A DNA stretch of 64,000 nt from an uncultured Rhodohalobacter sp. (GCA_964535495.1 CAZHUP010000002.1:2436-66435), one strand, 5' to 3'; shown: positions 9,233 to 19,963, counted from the stretch's first letter. Program-made: numbers and translations. Notes: a model not told the origin generated them from the letters alone.

Positions 9233-11482
9233 ATGAGGGTCCCGCTCTTCCTGAAAATATTATTCTTACTGCTATTTACGCAGATTGAGGTAAATGCCCA
9301 GCAAACCGACTTGGACAGTTTACGATCTGTTGTTAACCCCGCTATATCAACAATGGAAACCGTTGAATCCATAAATGAGCTGGGAGAACTGCTTGTTATG
9401 AGGGGTGAATTTGCGGAAGCAAAGGAGTGGCACCTGCTTGCTTTCCAGGTTGCAGAAAATCTGGACGAGGAGAGAGACCAAGCACAGTTTGAAACATTTG
9501 TAAGTATGGGCTCACTATATCTCTCCAGAGAGGAGCCTGACTCAGCTCTGATTATGCTCGATCAGGCAGGTTTTCTCAATGTTTCTGCTGAAAGAATGAA
9601 CACGCAAAAAAATCTGAAGGCGGTTGCACTTCAGATGTCAGGCCAGCTGGTGCTCTCATCCAATCTTTATGAAGAAGCCATTCAGGTGGCAGATTCACTG
9701 GGTCGTGAAGATCAAGTAGCCGGCTTGAGAATGAATCTTGCTTCTGTTTATTCATCGATGGGTGAGCAGGTTGAAGCACTGAGAAATTTTTACGAAGCAC
9801 TTGTTTTTGCGGAAGAGGTGAAGGATTCGGTGTTGATTGCGATTACATCAAACAATATTGGTAATCTCTTCAATGAAATGGATGATTATGAACAGGCTGA
9901 ATTTTATCTGGATAAATCGGAGGAGATTAGCAGGGAAATTGGTCATCAGGTTAATTTGCGCAGGGTTTTTGTAAATAAGGGTAACCTTTACTCATCTCTT
10001 GGGCGTTATGAACTGGCTGAGGAGTACTATACGGAAGGTCTGAATTTAGCTGAGGCCGCAAGCGACCGTTTGGGACAAGTTCGAATCTACTATAATCTGG
10101 CCAGAATGGAGGCACACCGTGGCAACATAGTCAGGGCTGAAGAGATTTTTCTGTTTACTCTGGAGGAGAGCGTAAAATTAGGCAGTGTTGAGGGGCAGTA
10201 TAACAGTTCAATCAGTTTAGGTGATCTGGAGGCTGAAAGAAATAATTACGGGGGTGCAGCCCGGTGGTACGCAAGGGCTCAATCGATTGCCGAAGAGAGA
10301 GGATATCGCGCGCTTCAAACCGAGTCGTACAATAAGCTATACGAAATTTACAAAAGTGCCGGGAATACATCATTTGCTTTACAATGGCTGGAGCGGCTAA
10401 ATGAACTTGAAGATTCACTGGCATCTGAGGAGAAATTAAGACTTCAGGCAGAATACGAAACGTTATTTAATATTCGAGCCAGGGAGCAGCAGGCAGAGAT
10501 TATTGAAGCACGTCAGCAGGAGATTCAGGCTCGTGTAGACCTTCAGCGATGGCTTATCATATTTGCATTTTCACTTGGAGGGTTTCTGCTGGTAGTTGCA
10601 TTTGTTCTAAACCGTTCAAACCGGAAAGTATTGGAGGTGAATACTGAACTGGAGGAGTCTAATCATAAAATTCGGGAAGTAAACAAGACTGTTAAAGAAC
10701 AAAATGATGAACTGGAGCAGGTAAATCAGGTTAAAAATAAGCTTTTCGCGATTGTTGCCCACGATTTAAGAAGTCCTTTGAGTTCCCTGCAGAGCTTAAT
10801 CTACCTGATACGAGAGCACGATCTTTCTAAAGCTGAAAGAGATAACATTCTCGATTCTCTGGATCAGAATATTCAGGATAACTCAAACATGATGGATAAC
10901 CTGTTAGCCTGGGCAAAAGCTCAAATGAATGGGGTTCAGCTGAACAAGCGTGTTTTTGAATTTTCAGGTGCAGCAAAAGCTGTTACCGAGCAAGTTAGAT
11001 TTCAGGCGGGCAGTAAGGGAATCAAGTTGGACCTGCAGGTTGACGATGATTTAATTGTAGAAGCTGATTACGATATTGTAAAGCTTATTTTGCGAAATCT
11101 TATTGCCAATGCGATAAAATTCAGCAAAGAAAACGATACGATTACGATTAGTGCCAGCAGAAATGAACAGTATGCTGAAGTGCAGATAATTGATGAGGGT
11201 ATGGGGATTAAGGCTGAAGATCAGTCAAAATTATTCGGGAATGAGCACTTTACAACGCGCGGCACAAAAAATGAAAAAGGAAGCGGATTGGGCCTGAATC
11301 TTAGCAAGGAGTATGTAGAAGAGCACGGCGGTGAGCTTTGGTTTGAGAGCGAGTATAAAGTTGGAACCACATTCTATTTTACACTGCCATTAACAGAAAG
11401 TAGAGTTAATGGAACAGCCGTGACTGAAGATTATTCAGAAGAGGATGAGAGAGAACCAATTGACGAATCCAGGCTGAACTAA
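9233..11482 (+). CDS. TPR-repeat sensor histidine kinase
   Basis: Signal peptide, TPR-like repeats, one TM helix, H-box VAHDLRSPL, N-box NLIANAIKF, DEGMGI, GSGLGL. Confidence 0.92.
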   Translation: MRVPLFLKILFLLLFTQIEVNAQQTDLDSLRSVVNPAISTMETVESINELGELLVMRGEFAEAKEWHLLAFQVAENLDEERDQAQFETFVSMGSLYLSREEPDSALIMLDQAGFLNVSAERMNTQKNLKAVALQMSGQLVLSSNLYEEAIQVADSLGREDQVAGLRMNLASVYSSMGEQVEALRNFYEALVFAEEVKDSVLIAITSNNIGNLFNEMDDYEQAEFYLDKSEEISREIGHQVNLRRVFVNKGNLYSSLGRYELAEEYYTEGLNLAEAASDRLGQVRIYYNLARMEAHRGNIVRAEEIFLFTLEESVKLGSVEGQYNSSISLGDLEAERNNYGGAARWYARAQSIAEERGYRALQTESYNKLYEIYKSAGNTSFALQWLERLNELEDSLASEEKLRLQAEYETLFNIRAREQQAEIIEARQQEIQARVDLQRWLIIFAFSLGGFLLVVAFVLNRSNRKVLEVNTELEESNHKIREVNKTVKEQNDELEQVNQVKNKLFAIVAHDLRSPLSSLQSLIYLIREHDLSKAERDNILDSLDQNIQDNSNMMDNLLAWAKAQMNGVQLNKRVFEFSGAAKAVTEQVRFQAGSKGIKLDLQVDDDLIVEADYDIVKLILRNLIANAIKFSKENDTITISASRNEQYAEVQIIDEGMGIKAEDQSKLFGNEHFTTRGTKNEKGSGLGLNLSKEYVEEHGGELWFESEYKVGTTFYFTLPLTESRVNGTAVTEDYSEEDEREPIDESRLN

Positions 11483-12462
11483 TCTTCAGTTTCGTACTCA
11501 AAGTTCAGAAAGGAGCTTTCAATTCCTTCTTTCTCCAAATAGTGCTGAACCACGTCGGGATTAGGCGTATGTGTTACGTAAACTTTCTTTGGAGACAACT
11601 GTTTACAGAATCGGATCAATTCAAAAAAATCGACATGATCGGAAAGCGGAATCAGTTTATCAGCCGTGAGCTGCGTTCGTCTTGATTCATTTGAGGCCCA
11701 TCCTGAACAGTAAGCCACTTTAGTCTTAGAAACATTAGAAGCAAATCCTTTCGATAGGGCTGATGACGGTGTGACCAAAATATTTCCCTCACACTTTTCC
11801 CGATCGTAGGCTGAATAGTTTCCTAGATCAATACCGTGTTTTTCATACACATCACAAAGTTTAAACCCCGCACCGTGTATCATCAGTGGGAGATTTAACG
11901 GCGCGAGCATATGCATGATTTCCTGGGCTTTTCCCAAATTATACCCCAGAAAAATGGGTGTATATCCATCTTCTAATGAAGAAACCGCGAAGTCTTGAAT
12001 TTCCTGTATTAATTTTTCGAGAGGTTCCCAGCGATAAATAGGCAGCCCAAACGTGGCTTCTGTGATCAGCAAGTCTGCCCGGGCCGGTGCTTCAAAACCT
12101 TCAGTAGCAGGAGAGGGAGGTGTCTTGTAGTCACCGGTATACAAAATCGTAGCTTCATCAGTTTCCAGGTAGATCATGGCAGAGCCAAGTATATGACCTG
12201 CCGGATATAAAGTGAGACGAAATCGGTCCGACTCGATCGGTTCATGAAATTCTAAAGTGTTTTTTTCGCCCTTAAAACCTCTGCGCTCCATTAAATCGAG
12301 GGTGGCAGAAGTTGCGTAAGCCTTCGTGTTTTTGTTTCTGGGCATGTGATCGGCATGTGCATGACTCACAAATGCGTAATCTGCTTTGGGATGATAACCG
12401 TCCAGAGATATTCCCAGTTCAGGAAAATAGAGCCCGTGATACCCTGTTTTTTTAATAATCAT
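11479..12462 (-). CDS. Ligase-associated DNA damage response exonuclease (MBL/beta-CASP fold)
   Basis: SHAHADH, AGHILG, TGDY, EATFGLP, SGW, LSDHVD. Confidence 0.85.
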   Translation of the reverse strand: MIIKKTGYHGLYFPELGISLDGYHPKADYAFVSHAHADHMPRNKNTKAYATSATLDLMERRGFKGEKNTLEFHEPIESDRFRLTLYPAGHILGSAMIYLETDEATILYTGDYKTPPSPATEGFEAPARADLLITEATFGLPIYRWEPLEKLIQEIQDFAVSSLEDGYTPIFLGYNLGKAQEIMHMLAPLNLPLMIHGAGFKLCDVYEKHGIDLGNYSAYDREKCEGNILVTPSSALSKGFASNVSKTKVAYCSGWASNESRRTQLTADKLIPLSDHVDFFELIRFCKQLSPKKVYVTHTPNPDVVQHYLEKEGIESSFLNFEYETED

Positions 12463-12896
12463 GAGAGGGTGCCGGAACGATCAAGAAGTACGTAAGTCAA
12501 CAAAAACAGAACGATCCCGATCGAGATCATATTAATCGCTACAAAACGAACTTTTCGTTTCAGATTGTCTTTATTGGAGAGAATAGCCTGTGAGGTGTGC
12601 TGCCAAACCAAAATGAGCTGACCGCCCACAAAAATAATCAGAAGAGCCCATAGCGAAAACAGAAGTTCAACCCAGGAAAAAGGGATAAAGGAGAGAAAAA
12701 GACCGGGAAGTGTAAAGAGGAGCAGGTATTTCAGAATTTTTTTCCATGAAGCAGGTGGAGTATCATTTTCTGCAACAGACAGTAAATACTCTTTCATATG
12801 GTCTGTTTTAAAGAGTAAGAAAATTCCATAGCTCATCAACAGTGCGCCGAGAGATACGTAAAAAGCGAGAAACCACTGTGTAGAGAAGTGTTCCAT
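12459..12896 (-). CDS. Hypothetical membrane protein with about 4 TM helices
   Basis: Hydrophobic helices; 4-nt overlap with the exonuclease start suggests translational coupling. Confidence 0.75.
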   Translation of the reverse strand: MEHFSTQWFLAFYVSLGALLMSYGIFLLFKTDHMKEYLLSVAENDTPPASWKKILKYLLLFTLPGLFLSFIPFSWVELLFSLWALLIIFVGGQLILVWQHTSQAILSNKDNLKRKVRFVAINMISIGIVLFLLTYVLLDRSGTLS

Positions 12897-12946
12897 TGAA
12901 ACGATTAACTATTTAATAATTTGATATGAATAAGCATTTAGAATAA

Positions 12947-13879
12947 TCACTCTACCAGAACCCGCTCAGTTCCATTTTTTAATTCGGATGGGATGGAGTT
13001 ACAGATAGAGTCTTTAAACGCTTTGATGATCGATTTCTTCAGATGTTTTCGTCCATAAATCAGACGAACCTTTCTTGAAGGGACCGGAGCTTCAAACTCT
13101 TTAAGAATCGCGTTAGAGCAGTTATTTTTGTGCTCATTTATTGCAGTCCAGGGGAGGAGTGTCATTCCAAAATTTTGTTCTACCAGACGTTTTAACGTTT
13201 CGAGATTACCGCTTTTAAACTCGACAGAGGGTTCTTTATGATCCTTGATCTCTTTACATAGCTGTACTGCCTGATCCCGAAAGCAGTGCCCCTCGCTTAA
13301 CAGCCATATGTTAGCGCGGTCAAGATCGTTAACGGTCAGTTTCTTTTTTTCAATAAGAGGATGATTGTGTGACAGATATCCAACAAATGGTTCTACGTAT
13401 AGATCTTCAGTATATATGAAACTTTGATCGGTCGGAGTGGCGATGATACCAGCATCAATCTGATCATTTCCAAGTTTTTCAAGTACCTCGTTTGTGAGCA
13501 GTTCCTCAAAAACCAGATCTACATTCGGGTATTTTTTGATGAATGATCGAATGAAAAGCGGAACCAGATATGGAGCAATGGTTGGAATGATGCCTACCTT
13601 AAATTTACCGTGAAGTTCATTCTCCTTAAAGTTGGCAATGTCGGATATCTGTTTCGATTCTTTCAGGATTATTTTTGCCTGAGCAATAATTTTTTCTCCT
13701 ATTTCGGTAGGAATTACAGGCGATTTAGAGCGATCGAAAATTGTAACACCCAGTTCGTCTTCAAGTTTATGGATCTGCATACTCAGGGTAGGCTGGGTGA
13801 CGTAGCTTTTTTCCGCAGCTGTAGCAAAGTGTCTGTATTTGTCTACTGCAATGATGTAAGATAGTTGTGTAAGCGTCAT
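12947..13879 (-). CDS. oxyR: Hydrogen peroxide-inducible LysR activator OxyR
   Basis: LysR HTH (VTQPTLSMQI) and LSEGHCFRDQAVQLC with both redox cysteines. Confidence 0.92.
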   Translation of the reverse strand: MTLTQLSYIIAVDKYRHFATAAEKSYVTQPTLSMQIHKLEDELGVTIFDRSKSPVIPTEIGEKIIAQAKIILKESKQISDIANFKENELHGKFKVGIIPTIAPYLVPLFIRSFIKKYPNVDLVFEELLTNEVLEKLGNDQIDAGIIATPTDQSFIYTEDLYVEPFVGYLSHNHPLIEKKKLTVNDLDRANIWLLSEGHCFRDQAVQLCKEIKDHKEPSVEFKSGNLETLKRLVEQNFGMTLLPWTAINEHKNNCSNAILKEFEAPVPSRKVRLIYGRKHLKKSIIKAFKDSICNSIPSELKNGTERVLVE

Positions 13880-13981
13880 AGATTTAAAATCTTTCAGATA
13901 GAAAACAGATGGATAATCTTCTGCTTTAATATTGTTATAAGATCAAATAAAAGATGATCATTACCAACCAAACAGAGTTAG

Positions 13982-14281
13982 ATGGCTGATAAAGATATGA
14001 ATTTCAAAGAAATGAAGTTGTTGATCTCGGGCAGAGTTCAGGGAGTGGGATTTCGCCACTTTACGCGAACAAATGCCGGGGAGCTTGGGATCAAAGGCTG
14101 GGTTCGGAATCTTGGCAACGGAGATGTTGAAGTGCTTATACAGGGACGGGAGGAGAAGCTGGAGTTGATGCTCGAAAAGCTGAAAAGCGGCCCTATGCCA
14201 GCACGCGTTGATAATGTTAATATCGTTGAAGAGACAGAGAATCCGGATAGTGAAGAACATTCGTTTCGTGTGGTGCGCTGA
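13982..14281 (+). CDS. acyP: Acylphosphatase
   Basis: ISGRVQGVGFR and GWVRNLGNGDVE. Confidence 0.93.
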   Translation: MADKDMNFKEMKLLISGRVQGVGFRHFTRTNAGELGIKGWVRNLGNGDVEVLIQGREEKLELMLEKLKSGPMPARVDNVNIVEETENPDSEEHSFRVVR

Positions 14282-14284
14282 CTG

Positions 14285-14824
14285 ATGAGTAGATATTTTG
14301 TTTCCATAACGCTGCCCGCAGATATTCAGAAACAGATGGATGAAATACTGCCTGAGAGCAGACTTTGGAGGAAAACCGACCGAAAACAGTTACACCTTAC
14401 GCTGAGGTATATAGGAGATGCTGATGATGCCACGGTAAAAGAAATTGAAAGAAGATTATCAAAGATCGATATTCCGGAGTTCAAACTGAGGCTGAAAGAG
14501 ATTGGCTTTTTTCCGGAGAAAGGGAGAATTCGTGTCATTTGGATTGGAGTGGAAAAATCATCAACATTGATGGAACTTCAGAGTCTTGCTGATAAAGCAG
14601 TATCTGATGTTTTGAAGATTGAAAGTGAGTATTCATTCACTCCTCATATTACTTTGGCGCGGACTAAAAGAAAAGTAAAAAAAGAGGAGGTGCTTAGTGT
14701 AATGGCTGAATTTGACAAAGATCTTGAGTGCGAAGTCAATTCATTTCAACTGATGGAGAGCAGACAAGGAAGAGAGGGCGTGGAGCATTTGCCGGTAAAA
14801 CACTATCAACTGAAAACCGAATAG
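14285..14824 (+). CDS. thpR: RNA 2',3'-cyclic phosphodiesterase (2H phosphoesterase)
   Basis: Two HxT motifs: LHLTL and PHITLAR. Confidence 0.9.
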   Translation: MSRYFVSITLPADIQKQMDEILPESRLWRKTDRKQLHLTLRYIGDADDATVKEIERRLSKIDIPEFKLRLKEIGFFPEKGRIRVIWIGVEKSSTLMELQSLADKAVSDVLKIESEYSFTPHITLARTKRKVKKEEVLSVMAEFDKDLECEVNSFQLMESRQGREGVEHLPVKHYQLKTE

Positions 14825-14830
14825 TAATCT

Positions 14831-15649
14831 ATGGACATGCTGTTTAAAATATTGATCGCCTTGGGAGGTATCTACCTCTTTTTGATTTTAGTGTTATTTC
14901 TTTTCCAGGGACAGATGTTATTCTTGCCGGAAAGGGAGCACTTCCGGTCTCCCCAATCGATTGGATTGGAGGCTGAAGATATGTGGGTTGAAACGAGAGA
15001 TGGCAAACAGATTCACGGCTGGTATTTCAATAATGAGAGCGCAGAAAGGGTTGTTGTGTTATCTCATGGAAATGCGGGTAATATCAGCGGAAGACTGGAG
15101 ATTGCAGATATGCTTTTGGATCTCGACGTGTCCGTTTTGATGTATGACTATCGGGGATATGGTAAAAGCGAAGGCCGGCCCACAGAAAAAGGTTTATATA
15201 AAGACATCGATTCAGTTATTGGATTTTTGAAGGATCAAAAAGATTACAGCGAGAATCAGATTATTTTGTACGGACGATCACTAGGCGGTGGAGTATCTGC
15301 CTATGGGGCGGCAAACTATAACGTAGCCGGGCTGGTTCTGGATTCTGCATTTCAAGACGTAAAAACGATGACATCGGATATTTACCCGATTGTGCCAACA
15401 TTTTTGGTCAGATATAATTTTTCAACTATTAATTATCTCAATTCTATACAGAACACTCCTATACTCATCATGCACAGCCGTGATGATGAAATCGTTGGAT
15501 TCCACCATGGTGAGGCACTGTATGAGGCTGCTTCTGAACCTAAAACATTTGTTCCTCTGCGGGGAGGGCATAATGATCTTTTTTTCACATCAAATAATAC
15601 TATAAAGCGAAGCTGGCAGGAGTTTCTGGATCAACTCGATAATGATTAA
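14831..15649 (+). CDS. Membrane-anchored alpha/beta hydrolase (ABHD13/YfhR-like)
   Basis: N-terminal TM helix, HGNAGN, DYRGYG, GRSLGG, HSRDDE, GGHN. Confidence 0.88.
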   Translation: MDMLFKILIALGGIYLFLILVLFLFQGQMLFLPEREHFRSPQSIGLEAEDMWVETRDGKQIHGWYFNNESAERVVVLSHGNAGNISGRLEIADMLLDLDVSVLMYDYRGYGKSEGRPTEKGLYKDIDSVIGFLKDQKDYSENQIILYGRSLGGGVSAYGAANYNVAGLVLDSAFQDVKTMTSDIYPIVPTFLVRYNFSTINYLNSIQNTPILIMHSRDDEIVGFHHGEALYEAASEPKTFVPLRGGHNDLFFTSNNTIKRSWQEFLDQLDND

Positions 15650-15742
15650 AATTCTGCAGGGTTCTAATTCAATCTTCCCTGTTCGGTTAGTATATTCAAC
15701 CAACCAGATGTAAGCCAAACCGATTGACAGAGATCCCACTAT

Positions 15743-18700
15743 ATGTATCTGATTTTTGATACCGAAACTACCGGCCTTCCCCAGAACTATTCAGCTCCGC
15801 TGACCGATTTTGACAACTGGCCACGCTGTGTTCAGCTCGCCTGGCAGGTTCATGATGTAACCGGAAAATTGATCTCTTCTGGAGATTATATTGTAAAGCC
15901 GGATGGTTTTACCATTCCTTTCAACTCAGAGAAAGTCCATGGGATCTCCACCGAGCGCGCTCATAAAGAGGGAATTCCTCTGAATGAAGTGATGGATATC
16001 TTCAGCCGGGATCTGGAAAAGTGCACCTTTGTGATCGGTCACAACCTGGAGTTTGATCTCAATATTATGGGTTCAGAGTATCTCAGGATGGAACGGGAGA
16101 ATCCGCTGGCCAAAAGAGTTCCGATAGACACCAAGGATGAGTCGACCGAGTACTGTGCCATTCCCGGTGGACGAGGCCGCTACAAATGGCCGACACTGGC
16201 AGAGCTCCACGACAAACTATTTGATATAGGCTTTGAAGAAGCACACAATGCCGCTGCTGACGTTGACGCTACAGCACGTGCATTTCTGGAGCTGGTTAGG
16301 ATTGGCGTGATTCGGCCTAATCATCCGCAGGATCCGTCGAAATCTCCGGAAAATCCGGCTCAAAAAATTGACGAGTCTCACTACATGCCTAAGGTTGAGG
16401 AACTTCGCCGGAGAGGTGTGACCGGAGAGGAAGATGACCGAGCCTCGACGATCGATCTACCCAAAGAGGCTGCCGGTGAAAAAGTGGACTCACCGTTTAC
16501 TCAACTTCACAATCACTCCAAGTTTTCTGTTCTACAGGCGGCTTCCGGTGTTAAGGATCTGGTGAAGAAAGCGAAAGAGGATGGAATGCCTGCCGTGGCG
16601 CTGACCGATCTTGGAAATATGTACGGCACGTTTCACTTTGCCAAAGCGGCACACGCAGAAGGGGTAAAACCGATTATCGGTCTTGAAGCCTATTTTGTGG
16701 AGGATCGCCATCAAAAGAAATTTACTCGCGATCATAAAGACAAGCGGTATCAGCAGATTTTCCTTGCCAAAAATATGCAGGGATATCGAAATCTGGCGGA
16801 AATGTGCTCTCTTGGGTTTATTGAAGGGTACTACTACAAATTCCCGCGAATTGATCGGGAGCTGGTGGAGAAATATCGGGAGGGATTGATTGCTACAACC
16901 GGAGGTCTGCTTGGCGAAGTACCCGACATGATTTTGAATCGGGGGGAGGAGGTTGCTGAAGAGGCGCTTAAGTGGTGGCACGAGCTGTTTGGGGAGGATC
17001 TCTACATAGAGTTGATGCGCCACGGGCTTGAAGAGGAGGAACGGGTTAACAGCGTTCTTCTGAAATTTGCCGAGAAGTATGGTATTAAGGTAATCGCTAC
17101 CAATAACTCCTTCTATATGGAGAAGGAGGATGCGAAAGCGCACGACGCCCTTCTCTGTATAGATAACAACGATTCGATCTCAACGCCGATCGGGAAAGGG
17201 CGCGACAAACGTTTTGGTTTCCCGAATGATGAGTTTTATTTCAAGACGCAGGAGGAGATGAAGGCTCTTTTTGCGGATGTGCCGGAGGCGATCTCCAACA
17301 CGCAGGAAGTGGTTGATAAAATAGAAGAGATCAAACTCGAAAGGGATGTAATCCTTCCAAATTTTGCCCTGCCTGAAGGATTTGAAACGGAAGATGACTA
17401 TCTGCGTCACTTAACCATCGAAGGTGCGAAAAAGCATTACGGTGAGCTTACCGGTGAGGTAACTGAGCGAATTGATCATGAGCTCAACATCATCAAAACG
17501 ATGGGATTCGCCGGGTACTTCCTGATTGTGCAGGATTTCATCATTGAGGCGAAGGAGATGGGCGTTTATGTGGGGCCGGGTCGTGGTTCAGCGGCAGGTT
17601 CGGTAGTCGCCTACTGTACGGGAATTACCAACATCGACCCGCTTAAGTACGATCTTCTTTTTGAACGATTCCTGAATCCTGAGCGTGTGTCGATGCCTGA
17701 TATCGATATTGACTTTGATGATGACGGCCGTCAGCGCGTAATCGATTATGTGGTCGATAAATATGGCAAAGATCAGGTGGCGCACATTATCACCTTTGGT
17801 ACCATGGCCGCGCGTTCATCGGTACGTGATGTGGCGCGTGTGCTTGACCTTCCGCTGTCTGATGCAGACCGTCTTGCAAAACTGGTACCGGAAACGATTG
17901 GAATTTCGCTGGAAGATGCTTTCAAAGAGGTGAAAGAGCTTCGGGATCTAAAAAATTCTGACTCCCTGGAAGGTAAAACTCTCCAGATGGCAGAAACATT
18001 GGAGGGATCTGTACGGAATACCGGGATTCATGCTGCGGGTGTGATTATTGCTCCCGATAAACTGACGAATTACATCCCCATCGGAACAGCCAAGGATGCG
18101 GAGCTCTATGTGACTCAGTTTGACGGTAAGGTGATTGAAGATGCCGGGATGCTGAAGATGGACTTCTTAGGGTTGAAGACGCTCTCTATTTTGAAAACGG
18201 CGATCGGATTTGTGAAAGAGAATCACGATAAAGAGTATGATCTGGATGATATACCGCTGGATGATGAAAAGACCTTTGAGATGTTCAAAAAAGGGGCGAC
18301 CGTCGGGATTTTTCAGTTCGAGTCGGACGGAATGCGGAAGTATCTCAAACAGCTCAAGCCGACAAGAATTGATGATTTGATTGCCATGAACGCGCTCTAT
18401 CGTCCGGGGCCAATGCAGTTTATTCCGGATTACATTAAGCGAAAGCATGGCGAAGAGGATGTGGAGTACGATCACGAAGACCTGATCGATATCCTGGAGC
18501 CGACCTATGGAATTATGATCTACCAGGAGCAGATCATGATGGTGGCGCAGCGAATGGGTGGATACTCACTCGGTGAAGCGGATGTACTTCGCCGAATCAT
18601 GGGTAAGAAAAAACCGGAACTGCTGCCACCTGAAGAGGAGAAGTTTGTGAAGCAGGCCGTTGAAAAAGGGTACGATAAAAAGACCGCGAAAGAGGTTTTT

Positions 18701-19963
18701 GATAAGATGGCGATGTTTGCCGGTTACGGGTTCAACAAATCGCACTCGGCGGCCTACTCAGTTGTGGCCTATCACACCATGTATTTTAAGGCAAACTACA
18801 CCGCTGAGTATATGGCGGCGGTGTTGAGCCACAACATGAACGACATCAAAAAAGTGAGCTTCTTTATTGAGGAGTGCCAGCGAATCGGAATTCCTGTAGA
18901 TGCACCGAACGTCAATTCTGCCGAAGGTAAGTTTGTGGCAAAAGACGGAAGAGTTCAATACGGACTTCTGGCAATTAAAGGAGTGGGATCAAACGCTATT
19001 GAAGAGCTTGTTAAAGAGCGGGAAAAGAAGGGTAGGTTTTCCTCTATTTTTGATTTTTCATCACGGCTAGACACCCGTGTATGCAACAGAAAAACGATGG
19101 AGAGCCTGGCACAGGCCGGCGCGTTCGATTCTTTGCATCAAAACCGGGCACAGCTTATGGCCAGTATTGATGATGTAATTAATTATGCGTCTAGAAAGCA
19201 GGAGGAGGAGAGGCTGAATCAGGTGAGTCTGTTTGGGGAATCGTCTGGTGGTGGAATGGGTGGAGAGCCCAACCTGAGGGAGTGCCCGCAGTGGACCAAC
19301 ATTGAACGTCTGAATAAGGAGCGTGAGCTGATCGGGTTCTATCTGAGTGGTCATCCGCTGGATAAATTCAAGGAAGATGTTAAACTTTTCGCTTCACACT
19401 CACTCAATGTTGAGGAGCTCTCAAAGCTGGGAGATCGGGAAAAAGTAAGAGTGATTGGGATCATCACGTCAGTAAGAAGAATTAGTGATAAAAAAGGACG
19501 TCCGATGGCTTTTGCTCAAATTGAGGATCTTGATGGGAGTACAGAGGTTCTCATATTCAGTGAAGTGTACGATCGCCACCAGGGATTGATCGCTCCGGAT
19601 ACCGTAGTGATGCTGGAAGGAAATCTCTCAAAAAGGGATGAGCCGCCAAAAATTATGGCTTCCTCGATGGAGCGTGTTGAAAATTTGCGGGAAAAATTTC
19701 AGGCTCAGCTTCAGCTCAATATTGTTCTGAAAACAGCGGAAATCTCAGAAGACGACTTGAGTGAAATGGCAACGCTTTTCAGTATTCACAAAGGTGAAAC
19801 ACCAATCAAACTGAAGGTCAGAAGCCAGCAGGCAAAGCGTCCACTCAACATGAATGTCAGAAAATATGTAGTGGAACCGAATAATGAGCTTTTAAACGGT
19901 TTGAGGAATATATTGGATAAAAATTCCGTTCAACTAATAAGAAACAACTCGAACGGTGCCTGA
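15743..19963 (+). CDS. dnaE: DNA polymerase III alpha subunit with N-terminal DEDDh 3'-5' exonuclease
   Basis: Exonuclease motifs FDTETTG, HNLEFD, HNAAAD; polymerase motifs GPGRGSAAGS, SMPDIDIDF, KMDFLGL, GFNKSH; clamp motif QVSLF. Confidence 0.97.
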   Translation: MYLIFDTETTGLPQNYSAPLTDFDNWPRCVQLAWQVHDVTGKLISSGDYIVKPDGFTIPFNSEKVHGISTERAHKEGIPLNEVMDIFSRDLEKCTFVIGHNLEFDLNIMGSEYLRMERENPLAKRVPIDTKDESTEYCAIPGGRGRYKWPTLAELHDKLFDIGFEEAHNAAADVDATARAFLELVRIGVIRPNHPQDPSKSPENPAQKIDESHYMPKVEELRRRGVTGEEDDRASTIDLPKEAAGEKVDSPFTQLHNHSKFSVLQAASGVKDLVKKAKEDGMPAVALTDLGNMYGTFHFAKAAHAEGVKPIIGLEAYFVEDRHQKKFTRDHKDKRYQQIFLAKNMQGYRNLAEMCSLGFIEGYYYKFPRIDRELVEKYREGLIATTGGLLGEVPDMILNRGEEVAEEALKWWHELFGEDLYIELMRHGLEEEERVNSVLLKFAEKYGIKVIATNNSFYMEKEDAKAHDALLCIDNNDSISTPIGKGRDKRFGFPNDEFYFKTQEEMKALFADVPEAISNTQEVVDKIEEIKLERDVILPNFALPEGFETEDDYLRHLTIEGAKKHYGELTGEVTERIDHELNIIKTMGFAGYFLIVQDFIIEAKEMGVYVGPGRGSAAGSVVAYCTGITNIDPLKYDLLFERFLNPERVSMPDIDIDFDDDGRQRVIDYVVDKYGKDQVAHIITFGTMAARSSVRDVARVLDLPLSDADRLAKLVPETIGISLEDAFKEVKELRDLKNSDSLEGKTLQMAETLEGSVRNTGIHAAGVIIAPDKLTNYIPIGTAKDAELYVTQFDGKVIEDAGMLKMDFLGLKTLSILKTAIGFVKENHDKEYDLDDIPLDDEKTFEMFKKGATVGIFQFESDGMRKYLKQLKPTRIDDLIAMNALYRPGPMQFIPDYIKRKHGEEDVEYDHEDLIDILEPTYGIMIYQEQIMMVAQRMGGYSLGEADVLRRIMGKKKPELLPPEEEKFVKQAVEKGYDKKTAKEVFDKMAMFAGYGFNKSHSAAYSVVAYHTMYFKANYTAEYMAAVLSHNMNDIKKVSFFIEECQRIGIPVDAPNVNSAEGKFVAKDGRVQYGLLAIKGVGSNAIEELVKEREKKGRFSSIFDFSSRLDTRVCNRKTMESLAQAGAFDSLHQNRAQLMASIDDVINYASRKQEEERLNQVSLFGESSGGGMGGEPNLRECPQWTNIERLNKERELIGFYLSGHPLDKFKEDVKLFASHSLNVEELSKLGDREKVRVIGIITSVRRISDKKGRPMAFAQIEDLDGSTEVLIFSEVYDRHQGLIAPDTVVMLEGNLSKRDEPPKIMASSMERVENLREKFQAQLQLNIVLKTAEISEDDLSEMATLFSIHKGETPIKLKVRSQQAKRPLNMNVRKYVVEPNNELLNGLRNILDKNSVQLIRNNSNGA

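Noticed and set aside
15743-19963. Apparently higher GC in dnaE (and mutS) suggesting horizontal transfer
   Set aside because: This is only an impression by eye. Both are core genes in ordinary context with no mobility signatures; a codon-usage computation would be needed.
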